Shown here one piece after another: positions 49,501-61,427 of a stretch of 64,000 bases of DNA; position 1 is the first letter of the stretch; each line of letters starts with the position of its first letter. The notes below the pieces were generated by a model that saw only the letters and a list, made by a program, of their open reading frames with translations, made no database searches and was not told where the DNA came from. Source of the stretch: Antedon mediterranea (taxonomy: Eukaryota > Animalia > Echinodermata); the NCBI RefSeq assembly GCF_964355755.1, contig NC_092674.1:17236001-17300000 (forward strand). Direction: 5' to 3'. The position numbers were made by a program, and so were the translations under genes.

Positions 49501-51014
49501 TATAAGATTTTGTTAGCACAATATATTTGCATAAATGGCAATATTATAGCATAATTTTTTAATTTTAGAAAGTATAAATTTTGGCCATTTTCGAAAAAAA
49601 AAATTCCTATGGACCCCCGCAGGAAAATTTTCGGAAAATGGCCAAATTTCGACCCTTTTATTTTTTGACATAACTAGTTACTATGTCTCTATAAGATGAT
49701 GTTAGCACAATATATGTACATAAATGGCAATATTATAGCATAATTTTCGAATTTTAGAAATTGTAAATTTTGTCAATTTTTCGAAAAAATTCCTATGGTC
49801 TCCTGCAGGAAAATTTTCGAAAAATGGCCAAATTTCAACCCTTTTATTTTTTGACATAATTCGTTACTATGGCTCTATAAGATGATGTTAGCAAAATATA
49901 TCTGTATAAATGGCAATATTATAGCATATTTATTTAATTTTAAAGAGTGGAAAATGTTGCCATTTTTCGACCCTTTTATTTTTTTGACATAACTAGCTGC
50001 TATGTCTCTATAAGATGATGTTAACACAATATGTGCATAAATGGCAATATTATAACATAATTCTTGATTTTGAAAAAGTGGAAAATTTTGCCATTATTCG
50101 AAAAATTTATATAGTCCCCCGCAGGAAAATTTTCGAAAAATGGCCAAATTTCCACTCTTTTATTTTTTGACATACAGTAATTCGGTACTATGACGTTATA
50201 AGATGATGTTAGCAAAATATATCTGTATAAATGGCAATATTATAGCATAATTATTGAATTTTACAAAGTGGAAAATGTTGCCATTTTTCGACCCTTTTAT
50301 TTTTTAAACATAACTAGTTGCTATGTCTCTATAAAATGATGTTAGCACAATATATTTGCATAAATGGCAATTTTATAGCATAATTTTCGAATTTTAAAAA
50401 GTGGAAATTTTTCCCATTTTTCAAAAAAATTCCTATGGTCCCTCGCAGGAAAATTTTCAAAAATGGCCAAATTTCGACCCTTTTATTTTTTGACATAAGT
50501 ATTTATTTTATTTTTATTTTTATTTTTATTTATTTCCTTTATTGCATCAAGTAAACAGTGATGAAGTTGACATAAATATAATAGTAAATATGTAAACACA
50601 TAGTATAACACAGTCCAAACAAGTAATACTAAAATATATCATAGTCCACAAATCAGTCTTTCAATGGCCATCATAGTACATCCAGTAACACAAACCAATA
50701 AGGGTTCACAATTTGCTTATCATAACTCAGTTACTGATCATTCACCAATCATAAGATCATGTTAGCACAATATTCTTGTATAAATGGCAATATTATAGCA
50801 TATTTTTCAAATTTTAAAAAGTGGAAATTTTGGTTATTTCTCGAAAAAATTCCTGTGGTCCCCCGCAGGGAAATTGTCGGAAAATTGCCAAATTTCGACA
50901 CTTTTATTTTTTGACATAACTAGTTACTATGGCTCTATAAAATGATGTTAACACAATATATGTTCATAAATGGATATATTATAGCCCAATTATTGAATTT
51001 TAAATGGTAGACAT

Positions 51015-52582
51015 AGGTAATGAACCAGCATAAGTAATTATGTGGTGGTAGTAGGGGAACCAGCATGAGTCATATAATGAATGCTGTACTTAAGAGCATG
51101 AGTGATAAAACACCGCCGTATGTGGGGGTGGGTAATGAACCAGCATAAGAAATTATGTGGTGGTAGTAGGGGGACCAGCATGAGTCATATAATGAGTGCT
51201 ATACTTGTGATAAAACACCGCCGTATGTGGGGGTAGTTAATGAACCAGCATAAGTAATTATGTGGTGGTAGTAGGGGAACCAGCATGAGTCATATAATGA
51301 ATGCTGTACTTAAGAGCATGAGTGATAAAACACCGCCGTATGTGGGGGTGGGTAATGAACCAGCATAAGAAATTATGTGGTGGTAGTAGGGTTAATAAAC
51401 TAGCATAAGTAATTATGTGGTGGTAGTAGGGGAACCAGTATGAGTCATATAATGAATGCTGTACTTAGGAGCATGAGTGATAAAACGCCGCCATTCTCTT
51501 GAATGTAATTACAAAGGTTAAATAGTTTCGATTAAGCATGAATGGTGTCAACAATGTATTGCCTGGCAGCTTATACTAACCTTGATGAGAGGATTTTGTT
51601 TTGTTTATTCGTTTTAATTATGTATTTATTTATTTTTCTCCAAAATCCGGTTCCGGTTTGTCCACAGTGACTGCAGTAGGGAAAATAACAGATAATAATA
51701 TTGTTGTTATTTAGTGGCATGAGTTAGCATAAGAGGCTCCGTGCATTAAAGCAGACCCTAGGGACGCCTTATATCTTTTTCGTCCATTTGTGGAGTTGGA
51801 ATGGAGACCATCATTTGACCACAGAGAAATGAGGTTTGCCCAGAAGCCGGGATGGGTATGTTAGTGAAGGCCATGAGTTTTGCGGCAGAACTCGCGTAGG
51901 AAACCGTTGAAATCGTGAATGCGCTCGTTAAACAAAGGAGGGGGGAGGTGGCCAGTGTGAGATAATCGGAACGTCTGTGAGCAGAGGGTAGTCCGAATTG
52001 GTGTCCAGATGGGAAAAATATAGGTCAAAAGAATTTTGAAGAGAGAGTTTGCCGCCGACCAAGCATCCGAATCAACGAGGTCATTCGATCCGAGGTCGAT
52101 GATCAAGATATCTGGCTTGAATGTTGCCAATCGATTTACAAAATTAGTTAGGTCGTTAATCTTTAGGCCGGGTACCCCCCCCCCCCCAAAGAACAGTATT
52201 ATCGTAGTGATGGCTGATTCGGAAGTCAGACAAAGGTCGGTGTGGACCAAGTATGGAGCCGGAAGAATTACCCAAGCCGTGATGGAAAGCGAGGCTGTCG
52301 CTCAAACCGGAAACGAATGAGTGGCCTAGGACACAACCAGACAACATAATTACAATAAAGTACGAAAATTCGAAAAATGGGGGTAAGATAAGGTGTGAGA
52401 TAAATTCCAGTCAAAGTATGTTGTGTGTTGACACAAATCCTATCAGTGTAGGAGGATAAAAGGGACTGGTAAAATGTAAAAAGCCAAAATCGGGCGTGGT
52501 AATCTGTTGACAGCGTGAGGTGAAGAGGATGAGATGCTCACGCTGTCAAAAGATGATTGCGAGGGCGCCCCGCAATCACGTG
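51015..52582 (-). mobile_element. SGNH-hydrolase-only insertion, copy 3
   Basis: Same sequence as copy 2 at an offset of 8135. Confidence 0.85.
51712..52347 (-). pseudogene. SGNH hydrolase, disrupted copy 3
   Basis: C13 frameshift and premature TAA at 51861. Confidence 0.88.
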
Positions 52583-53824
52583 ATATGTTCATAAATGGAT
52601 ATATTATAGCCCAATTATTGAATTTTAAATGGTAGACATTTTGGTTATTTTTCGAAAAAAATACTGTCGTCCCCCAACCGGAAATTTTCGGAATATGGCC
52701 AAATTTCGACCCTTTTATTTTTTGACATAACTAGTTACTATGTCTCTATAAGATGATGTTAGCACAATATATGTACATAAATGGCAATATTATAGCACAA
52801 TTTTCGAATTTTAGAAATTGGAAATTTTGTCAATTTTTCGAAAAAATTCCTATGGTCTCCTGCAGGAAAATTTTCGAAAAATGGCCAAATTTCAACCCTT
52901 TTATTTTTTGACATAATTCGTTACTATGGCTCTATAAGATGATGTTAGCAAAATATATCTGTATAAATGGCAATATTATAGCATATTTATTTAATTTTAA
53001 AGAGTGGAAAATGTTGCCATTTTTCGACCCTTTTTTTTTTGACATAACTAGTTACTATGTCTCTATGGGCCGTATTCATGAAAGGGGACTAACTTTAGTC
53101 CTGGATTATCTCTGGATTTAGTCCTGGACTATTTTGAAATGGTATTCATGAAAGGGGACTAACTTTAGTCCTGGACTAAACCTGGACTAAACCTGGACTA
53201 AAACCGGCAAAAGATAGTCCATCCAAGGGGTAGGTTTAAGAAAGTTAGTCCTGGACTATCTCGAATAGCTCGAAAAAAATGGTGGCCTGAGGTAAGGTAG
53301 GTTACAAGTGTGACAACTTTAAAACGGTATTTAAGAAGCAAAATAATAATAATCATTTTTATTTGTATCAAATTAGTAATTACAACATATATTTAATATA
53401 ATAAAGTACTTTAGAAAGTAAAAAAATTATATTTAGTAAGTTAATTTAGTGTGTTTAATCTAGGCCTAAAAGCTAGGCCCACAGCTTTAATTCTGACAGC
53501 GCTTGCCTAGGGCGATATTGCCTAGCAACCACCCTATACTGCTAGTGTTAAAATGATTTGTTCTTCATTAAGCGCACATTTAACTTATTTAAAGATGTAA
53601 ATCACATTATAGCCTATATAATCTTAATTTGTAATAGATTTTACATTATTAACATTTTTGTTTAAAATGATGTTAGAGGGATATAGCCTAGCTAGCTAGA
53701 CCGCAGTCTAAAAGCCTATTTAAGCTATGCCTACACTTAACTAGGCTTCTCTAGACTATGCCATTGGCTGAGTCGGTGGGCATTGCAAGGCCCTACTTCA
53801 GGTAGTCAGTAAACAGTAGTCTAA

Positions 53825-54751
53825 CGCCCGTATTCTTAAACCGGACTTTAGTCGTAGTTCGAAGTTCGACTTGGAAAAGTCGTAGTTCGAGCTATTACTT
53901 CAAATTCGATTCAAAAACGAAGTAGTCGAAGTTTGCAGTTCGACTTAATGAAGTCGAGCTTTTAGTCGAGTTGCACACGTCTGGGTAACAAAGGCTATAC
54001 ATTGGCCAATGACAAGAGAGTATTTGAGGAGCAGACGAAATTTTGCGCATTGATATCACTTTCCATTTCTTACAACACTTTTTACGCATCAGGACTATAT
54101 ACATGAAAAATAATTTTAATCGTTAATTATTAGAACAATATCAGTATTAATTTAACAGTGAAGTATATTTGATTAACAACAAATAAAATCTTAAAAATAT
54201 ATTTAGGAACCATGGCGGTACGGTAACTTTTATATTTTCTAGGACCCCAACAAAGTATGATCGCCACGAACCACGCACTTCATAGCGTGACAAGAAAGCG
54301 CTAGGCCCCCTAAACATTCCATCGCGTGGTGAATTGCCGCATCTCCCATTGTCGCTATGGCGTGACGTAGCTCAAGTCGGACTTGCGCGAAGAAAATAAT
54401 GTAATTTGTATACAGTTGTAAATAAAGATGATTTTCATTATTATAATTTATACCAATGTATATTTAATTAAGCTAATATAAATATAGATATTTCATTCTT
54501 CAATATCTGGCCAATATAACAACTCAATGACTGTTACGTTTTTTATAAACATCGTTTAAAAACCATTTAGTCGACCATTTAGTCTGCCCCCTCCAGGACT
54601 AAAAAAATCGATCAAAATCCGTCTCGATTTAGTCGAGGTTGGCCTGATTTAGTCGGTGATTTAGTTGAAGTTCGGTTTATGAATTAAAATGACGTCATTT
54701 TTTTAGTTTTAGCTCGAACTACGACTAAAGTCCGGTTTAAGAATACGGGCG
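53825..54751. mobile_element. Same MITE family, inverted and diverged copy (independent insertion)
   Basis: Same TIRs. The internal sequence is the reverse complement of 48524-49452 with many SNPs. It is absent from copy B (gtagtcttattc); flanks are TAA/TTA. Confidence 0.9.
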
Positions 54752-57589
54752 TTATTCTATTGTAGGCATACATTGTATTACTTAGTTAGCCTTGTCTAGG
54801 CCTAGACTGGAATGAATGCAGTGTTAGGTATTTTCAAAATATTGGATCAATTTTCATAGATAGGGCATCCTGTTGAATTAATTTTAATTTGGCATAGTTT
54901 AGTTTAGTTTAGTTATAATGGGAAAGTTTAGGCGATGCCTTTTTAACCCCACATATCAACTACATTGTGTCGAAATGCAATAGACCTAGGCTAATAAATA
55001 GTTAGTAGTAATAATAGATGTATATATTTTAATATCATTTATTTTTCTATTTGGTTTAGACAGCTGAAGAAAAATGTCTGGTTAATATTATATGCCTCCA
55101 CTACTGTCCTAGTTACATGGAATGCTGCTGGTCAGGTAAGGTAAGATAAAAATAAAACAATTTACATACAACCTGTTGAATTAATTTTAATTTGGCATAA
55201 TTTAATGTAAATAGGCCTAGGCTAGGAATAGTTTCAATATTTTTTAGATAATATAGTTTAATTTCATTTATTTTTCTATTGGTTTAGACTGCTGAACAGA
55301 TATCTGGTCAATTATATGCCTCCTCCACTACCGTCCTCTTAGGCTATAACATGGAATGATGCTGTTGGTCATGTAAGGTAATAAGATAAAGACAAATATT
55401 TAAAATGTATTAATAAATTGTCTAAAAAAATTGCATCCTGCAAACTACACAAGGTGGGTGTGGGATTGAAACAAAAAATCCTGGATCCACCCACTGCATA
55501 GTTATCTAGGAAGGCCTGATTTCTGGATATTTTCATATTAAGTTAAGCGGTATTATTGAAAAATAAATGGAGTGGAGTATTGTGACAAATTATCTAGCTT
55601 GTAAGCCTACAGTTTTTGTTGGCCAGGGCTAAAGATTGTCTATCGTCTACCGCTATTATCTGTACTGTGTTAAAGTTTGGATGTAATATAATTTAACATT
55701 ATATATTTTTTTTAGATACAATTGCTAACAAACCTGGATGGAGCGCAATAATCATGCAGAGAGAAACAGGACTACCAAAAACAATTGTATAGCAAGTTAT
55801 ACTTGTGTAGTAATAAATGAAAATAAGAATATCCATATAAAAACAACAAATGAAACTTTTTAAATTACTGTATTGTTTTATTCAAAAACAGTAAATAAAT
55901 AAATTAAAATACCATATTATTACTGTAGTTTTGTCAGCATGTACATTCATGTTCAGATCACAGAATTCTGTTCAATTTTTATTTAGATAAATAATTTGTG
56001 ACTGAAATACATATATATACAATTGTCATAAAAATAAATAGTTTTGTTTATACTTAAAAATGGTCATCATGTCTTCAATTATTTATGTCCAATTCTCAAT
56101 TCTGCAGTCGAGCCAGTTTATACTCTGTGATAATTTTGCAATCACAGCTCCAACAATGAAAATAGTAGTATAATAACAGTATTTAAACAATGTTGATGCC
56201 TTGCTAACTTTGAAAATCTGTGTAGATAAAAAAAAGAGGAAATTTACAATAAATATTGGAAATTAGTAACTGCATGTATTAATGTGTTTTTTTTTATATT
56301 TTCCTGTGAAATTACTTTTTAATCAATATTTCTTTTGAACATGTTTTTCTTATTTCTCTGTTTTTTGTTTGCTTTGCTATATTTATTTGTTTTTTTTATG
56401 TATTTATATGAGGGCCCCTTGAATTATGGTCATCATGCATACTGTATGCTAGGTTCACCATTTAACAAAAAACAAATAAAACTTTGAAATAATTATATAT
56501 AAAATGTAGTGCACTATTTAAATGTGATATCTCATTGTAAATCTTATTGAACACAGATCTTCAATTAAATAATGCATGTTATTGTTATGCCTACTACCAG
56601 GAGAGACTACCCTGGCCAGTAGCTAGTAGAATTAGGCAGGCTATTGCTCTACTCTAGTCTAGTAGTAGGAACTAGATAGGCAAGGTTGCAGTTAGCTAGG
56701 TTAGGCCTATTCTTTTTTTATTTAATCATCATATTATTATTATGAATCAACCTACTGTAACAGATCAATTAATAATAACAAATGATGAACACATTTTTTA
56801 AACAAAATATAAAAAAGGACAAAATTAGTAGTACTACTAGCTAGGCCTAGGCTAGAACTAGTAGCAGTAGTAGGAGTCTGCCTATAATCCTATATATATA
56901 ATAATAAATATAGGCCTTGTAGTTAGCTAGTTATAGTAGGCTAGTCTAGATCTAAAGAGTAGACAGTAGTTACTACCGGAACTAGGCTAGGTAATAGGCC
57001 ATAGTTTTAGTGAAACTAGTGTAGGCCTAGGAGTGGGTGGGAATACTAGGCCTAGATAGTAGTTGCGCCTAGGCTAGTCTAGGTAGGCCTAGAGAGAGAG
57101 GTAGGCTAGGCCTAGGCTAGGTAAACAAAGGTAGGCCTATGGCTAGCTAGGCCTGAAGTTCGCCTTAAAATTCAATTTCTTTAAATGAAATTCAAATAAA
57201 ATTACACAAGAGTCTTCTTTAAATATTCAAGACTTACTTTGTTTTCCAATAATTTCATTTATGCTTCTGGTTTAATGGCAAAATTAGTTGTTTTATGTTA
57301 CTATTTATTCATCAGGCATCTGTCACACGTGTTACACGTACTGTGTGTGCAGAACCTATAATCTGACCTCTAGTTGAACTTGTGCAGGGTAAATTATACC
57401 CTGGACGCGTAGTACGCGATTGCAATGCTAGCGTGTTTGGAACAAGTTTAGAAGGAAACATCATGGACCACCTAGCTGCTGTAATTTTCCATGGCTTAAT
57501 CCAGGACTATTTAGTCCAGGTTTCATGAATACCATATCAAGGATAGTCCAGGATTATCCTTAGTCCTGGACTAGATAGTCTAGGACTAA

Positions 57590-58518
57590 CGCCCGTATTC
57601 TTAAACCGGACTTTAGTCGTAGTTCGAGCTAAAACTAAAAAAATGACGTCATTTTAATTCATAAACCAAACTTCAACTAAATCACCGACTAAATCAGGCC
57701 AACCTCGACTAAATCGAGACGGATTTTGATCGATTTTTTTTAGTCCTGGAGGGGGCAGACTAAATGGTCGACTAAATGGTTTTTAAACGATGTTTATAAA
57801 AAACGTAACAGTCATTGAGTTGTTATATTGGCCAGATATTGACGAATGAAATATCTATATTTATATTAGCTTAATTAAATATACATTGGTATAAGTTATA
57901 ATAATGAAAATCATCTTTATTTACAACTGTATACAAATTACATTATTTTCTTCGCGCAAGTCCGACTTGAACTACGTGACGCCATAGCGACAATGGGAGA
58001 TGCGGCAATTCACCACGCGATGGAATGTTTAGGGGGCCTAGCGCTTTCTTGGCACGCTATGAAGTGCGTGGTTCGTCGCGATCATACTTTGTTGGGGGTC
58101 TAGAAAATATAAAAGTTACCGTACCGCCATGGTTCCTAAATATATTTTGTAGATTTTGTTTGTTGTTAACCAAAAGTACTTCACTGTTAAATTAATACTG
58201 ATCTTGTTCTAATAATTAACGATTAAAATTATTCTTCTTGTGTATAGTCCTGATGCGTAAAAAGTTTTGTAAGAAAAAGGAAAGTGATATCAATGCGCAA
58301 AATTTCGTCTGCTCCACAAATACTCTCTTGTCATTGGCCAATGTATAGCCTTTAGTACCCAGACGTGTTAAACTCGACTAAAAGCTCGACTTCATTAAGT
58401 CGAACTGCAAACTTTGACTACTTCGTTTTTGAATCGAATTTGAAGTAATAGCTCGAACTACGACTTTTACAAGTCGAACTTCGAACTACGACTAAAGTCC
58501 GGTTTAAGAATACGGGCG
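57590..58518. mobile_element. 929-bp MITE with a TAA TSD (nested)
   Basis: As 40389-41317. Confidence 0.92.
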
Positions 58519-60081
58519 TAAGGATAGTCCAGGACTAAAGATAGTCCTCTTTCATGAATACCGGCCTATAAGATTTTGCTAGCACAATATATTTGCATAA
58601 ATGGCAATATTATAGCATAATTTTTTAATTTTAGAAAGTATAAATTTTGGCCATTTTCGAAAAAAAAAATTCCTATGGACCCCCGCAGGAAAATTTTCGG
58701 AAAATGGCCAAATTTCGACCCTTTTATTTTTTGACATAACTAGTTACTATGTCTCTATAAGATGATGTTAGCACAATATATGTACATAAATGGCAATATT
58801 ATAGCATAATTTTCGAATTTTAGAAATTGTAAATTTTGTCAATTTTTCGAAAAAATTCCTATGGTCTCCTGCAGGAAAATTTTCGAAAAATGGCCAAATT
58901 TCAACCCTTTTATTTTTTGACATAATTCGTTACTATGGCTCTATAAGATGATGTTAGCAAAATATATCTGTATAAATGGCAATATTATAGCATATTTATT
59001 TAATTTTAAAGAGTGGAAAATGTTGCCATTTTTCGACCCTTTTATTTTTTTGACATAACTAGCTGCTATGTCTCTATAAGATGATGTTAACACAATATGT
59101 GCATAAATGGCAATATTATAACATAATTCTTGATTTTGAAAAAGTGGAAAATTTTGCCATTATTCGAAAAATTTATATAGTCCCCCGCAGGAAAATTTTC
59201 GAAAAATGGCCAAATTTCCACTCTTTTATTTTTTGACATACAGTAATTCGGTACTATGACGTTATAAGATGATGTTAGCAAAATATATCTGTATAAATGG
59301 CAATATTATAGCATAATTATTGAATTTTACAAAGTGGAAAATGTTGCCATTTTTCGACCCTTTTATTTTTTAAACATAACTAGTTGCTATGTCTCTATAA
59401 AATGATGTTAGCACAATATATTTGCATAAATGGCAATTTTATAGCATAATTTTCGAATTTTAAAAAGTGGAAATTTTTCCCATTTTTCAAAAAAATTCCT
59501 ATGGTCCCTCGCAGGAAAATTTTCAAAAATGGCCAAATTTCGACCCTTTTATTTTTTGACATAAGTATTTATTTTATTTTTATTTTTATTTTTTATTTAT
59601 TTCCTTTATTGCATCAAGTAAACAGTGATGAAGTTGACATAAATATAATAGTAAATATGTAAACACATAGTATAACACAGTCCAAACAAGTAATACTAAA
59701 ATATATCATAGTCCACAAATCAGTCTTTCAATGGCCATCATAGTACATCCAGTAACACAAACCAATAAGGGTTCACAATTTGCTTATCATAACTCAGTTA
59801 CTGATCATTCACCAATCATAAGATCATGTTAGCACAATATATTTGTATAAATGGCAATATTATAGCATATTTTTCGAATTTTAAAAAGTGGAAATTTTGG
59901 TTATTTCTCGAAAAAATTCCTGTGGTCCCCCGCAGGGAAATTGTCGGAAAATTTCCAAATTTCGACACTTTTATTTTTTGACATAACTAGTTACTATGGC
60001 TCTATAAAATGATGTTAACACAATATATGTTCATAAATGGATATATTATAGCCCAATTATTGAATTTTAAATGGTAGACAT

Positions 60082-61427
60082 AGGTAATGAACCAGCATAA
60101 GAAATTATGTGGTGGTAGTAGTGGGACCAGCATGAGTCATATAATGAATGCTGTACTTGTGATAAAATACCGCCGTATGTGGTGGTGGGTAATGAACCAG
60201 CATAAGAAATTATGTGGTGATAATAGGGTTAATGAACTAGCATAAGTAATTATGTGGTGGTAGTAGGGGAACCAGTATGAGTCATATAATGAATGCTGTA
60301 CTTAGGAGCATGAGTGATAAAACACCGCCATTCTCTTGAATGTAATTACAAAGGTTAAATAGTTTCGATTAAGCATGAATGGTGTCAACAATGTATTGCC
60401 TGGCAGCTTATACTAACCTTGATGAGAGGATTTTGTTTTGTTTATTCGTTTTAATTATGTATTTATTTATTTTTCTCCAAAATCCGGTTCCGGTTTGTCC
60501 ACAGTGACTGCAGTAGGGAAAATAACAGATAATAATATTGCTGTTATTTAGTGGCATGAGTTAGCATAAGAGGCTCCGTGCATTAAAGCAGACCTTAGGG
60601 ACGCCTTATATCTTTTTTGTCCATTTGTGGAGTTGGGATGGAAACCATCATTTGACCACAGAGAAATGAGGTTTGCCCAGAAGCCGGGATGGTTATGGTA
60701 GTGAAGGCCATGAGTTTTGCGGCAGAACTCGCGTAGGAAACCGTTGAAATCGTGAATGCGCTCGTTAAACAAAGGAGGGGGGAGGTGGCCAGTGTGAGAT
60801 AATCGGAACGTCTGTGAGCAGAGAGTAGTCCGAATTGGTGTCCAGATGGGAAAAATATAGGTCAAAAGAATTTCGAAGAGATAGTTTGCCGCCGACCAAG
60901 CATCCGAATCAACGAGGTCATTCGATCCGAGGTCGATGATCAAGATATCTGGCTTGAATGTTGCCAATCGATTTACAAAATTAGTTAGGTCGTTTATCTT
61001 TAGGCCGGGTACCCCCCAAAGAACAGTATTGTCGTAGTGATGGCTGATTCGGAAGTCAGACGGTTGGTGTGGACCAAGTATGGAGCCGGAAGAATTACCC
61101 AAGCCGTGATGGAAAGCGAGGCTGTCGCTCAAACCGGAAATGAATGAGTGGCCTAGGACACAACCAGACAACATAATTACAATAAAGTACGAAAATTCGA
61201 AAAATGGGGGTAAGATAAGGTGTGAGATAAATTCCAGTCAAAGTATGTTGTGTGTTGACACAAATCCTATCAGTGTAGGAGGATAAAAGGGACTGGTAAA
61301 ATGTAAAAATAAAAATTATTTTACTTAGCCAAAATCGGGCGTGGTAATCTGTTGACAGCGTGAGGTGAAGAGGATGAGATGCTCATGCTGTCAAAAGATG
61401 ATTGCGAGGGCGCCCCGCAATCACGTG
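60082..61427 (-). mobile_element. SGNH-hydrolase-only insertion, copy 4 (divergent, intact ORF, shorter minisatellite)
   Basis: Same termini and 57-bp duplication as copies 1-3, but with multiple SNPs and indels. Confidence 0.85.
60548..61174 (-). CDS. SGNH/GDSL-family hydrolase (esterase), 208 aa, intact, single exon
   Basis: All four SGNH blocks are present: VLGHSF (Ser), WGVPG (Gly), DLGSNDL (Asn) and NDGFHP (Asp-x-x-His). Confidence 0.9.
   Translation of the reverse strand: MLSGCVLGHSFISGLSDSLAFHHGLGNSSGSILGPHQPSDFRISHHYDNTVLWGVPGLKINDLTNFVNRLATFKPDILIIDLGSNDLVDSDAWSAANYLFEILLTYIFPIWTPIRTTLCSQTFRLSHTGHLPPPLFNERIHDFNGFLREFCRKTHGLHYHNHPGFWANLISLWSNDGFHPNSTNGQKRYKASLRSALMHGASYANSCH

Larger units (their letters stand above)
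53067..58566. mobile_element. Harbinger-like element, copy C, with two nested MITEs
   Basis: Same TIRs and TSD as copy B, plus an extra insertion at 53825-54751. Confidence 0.87.
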
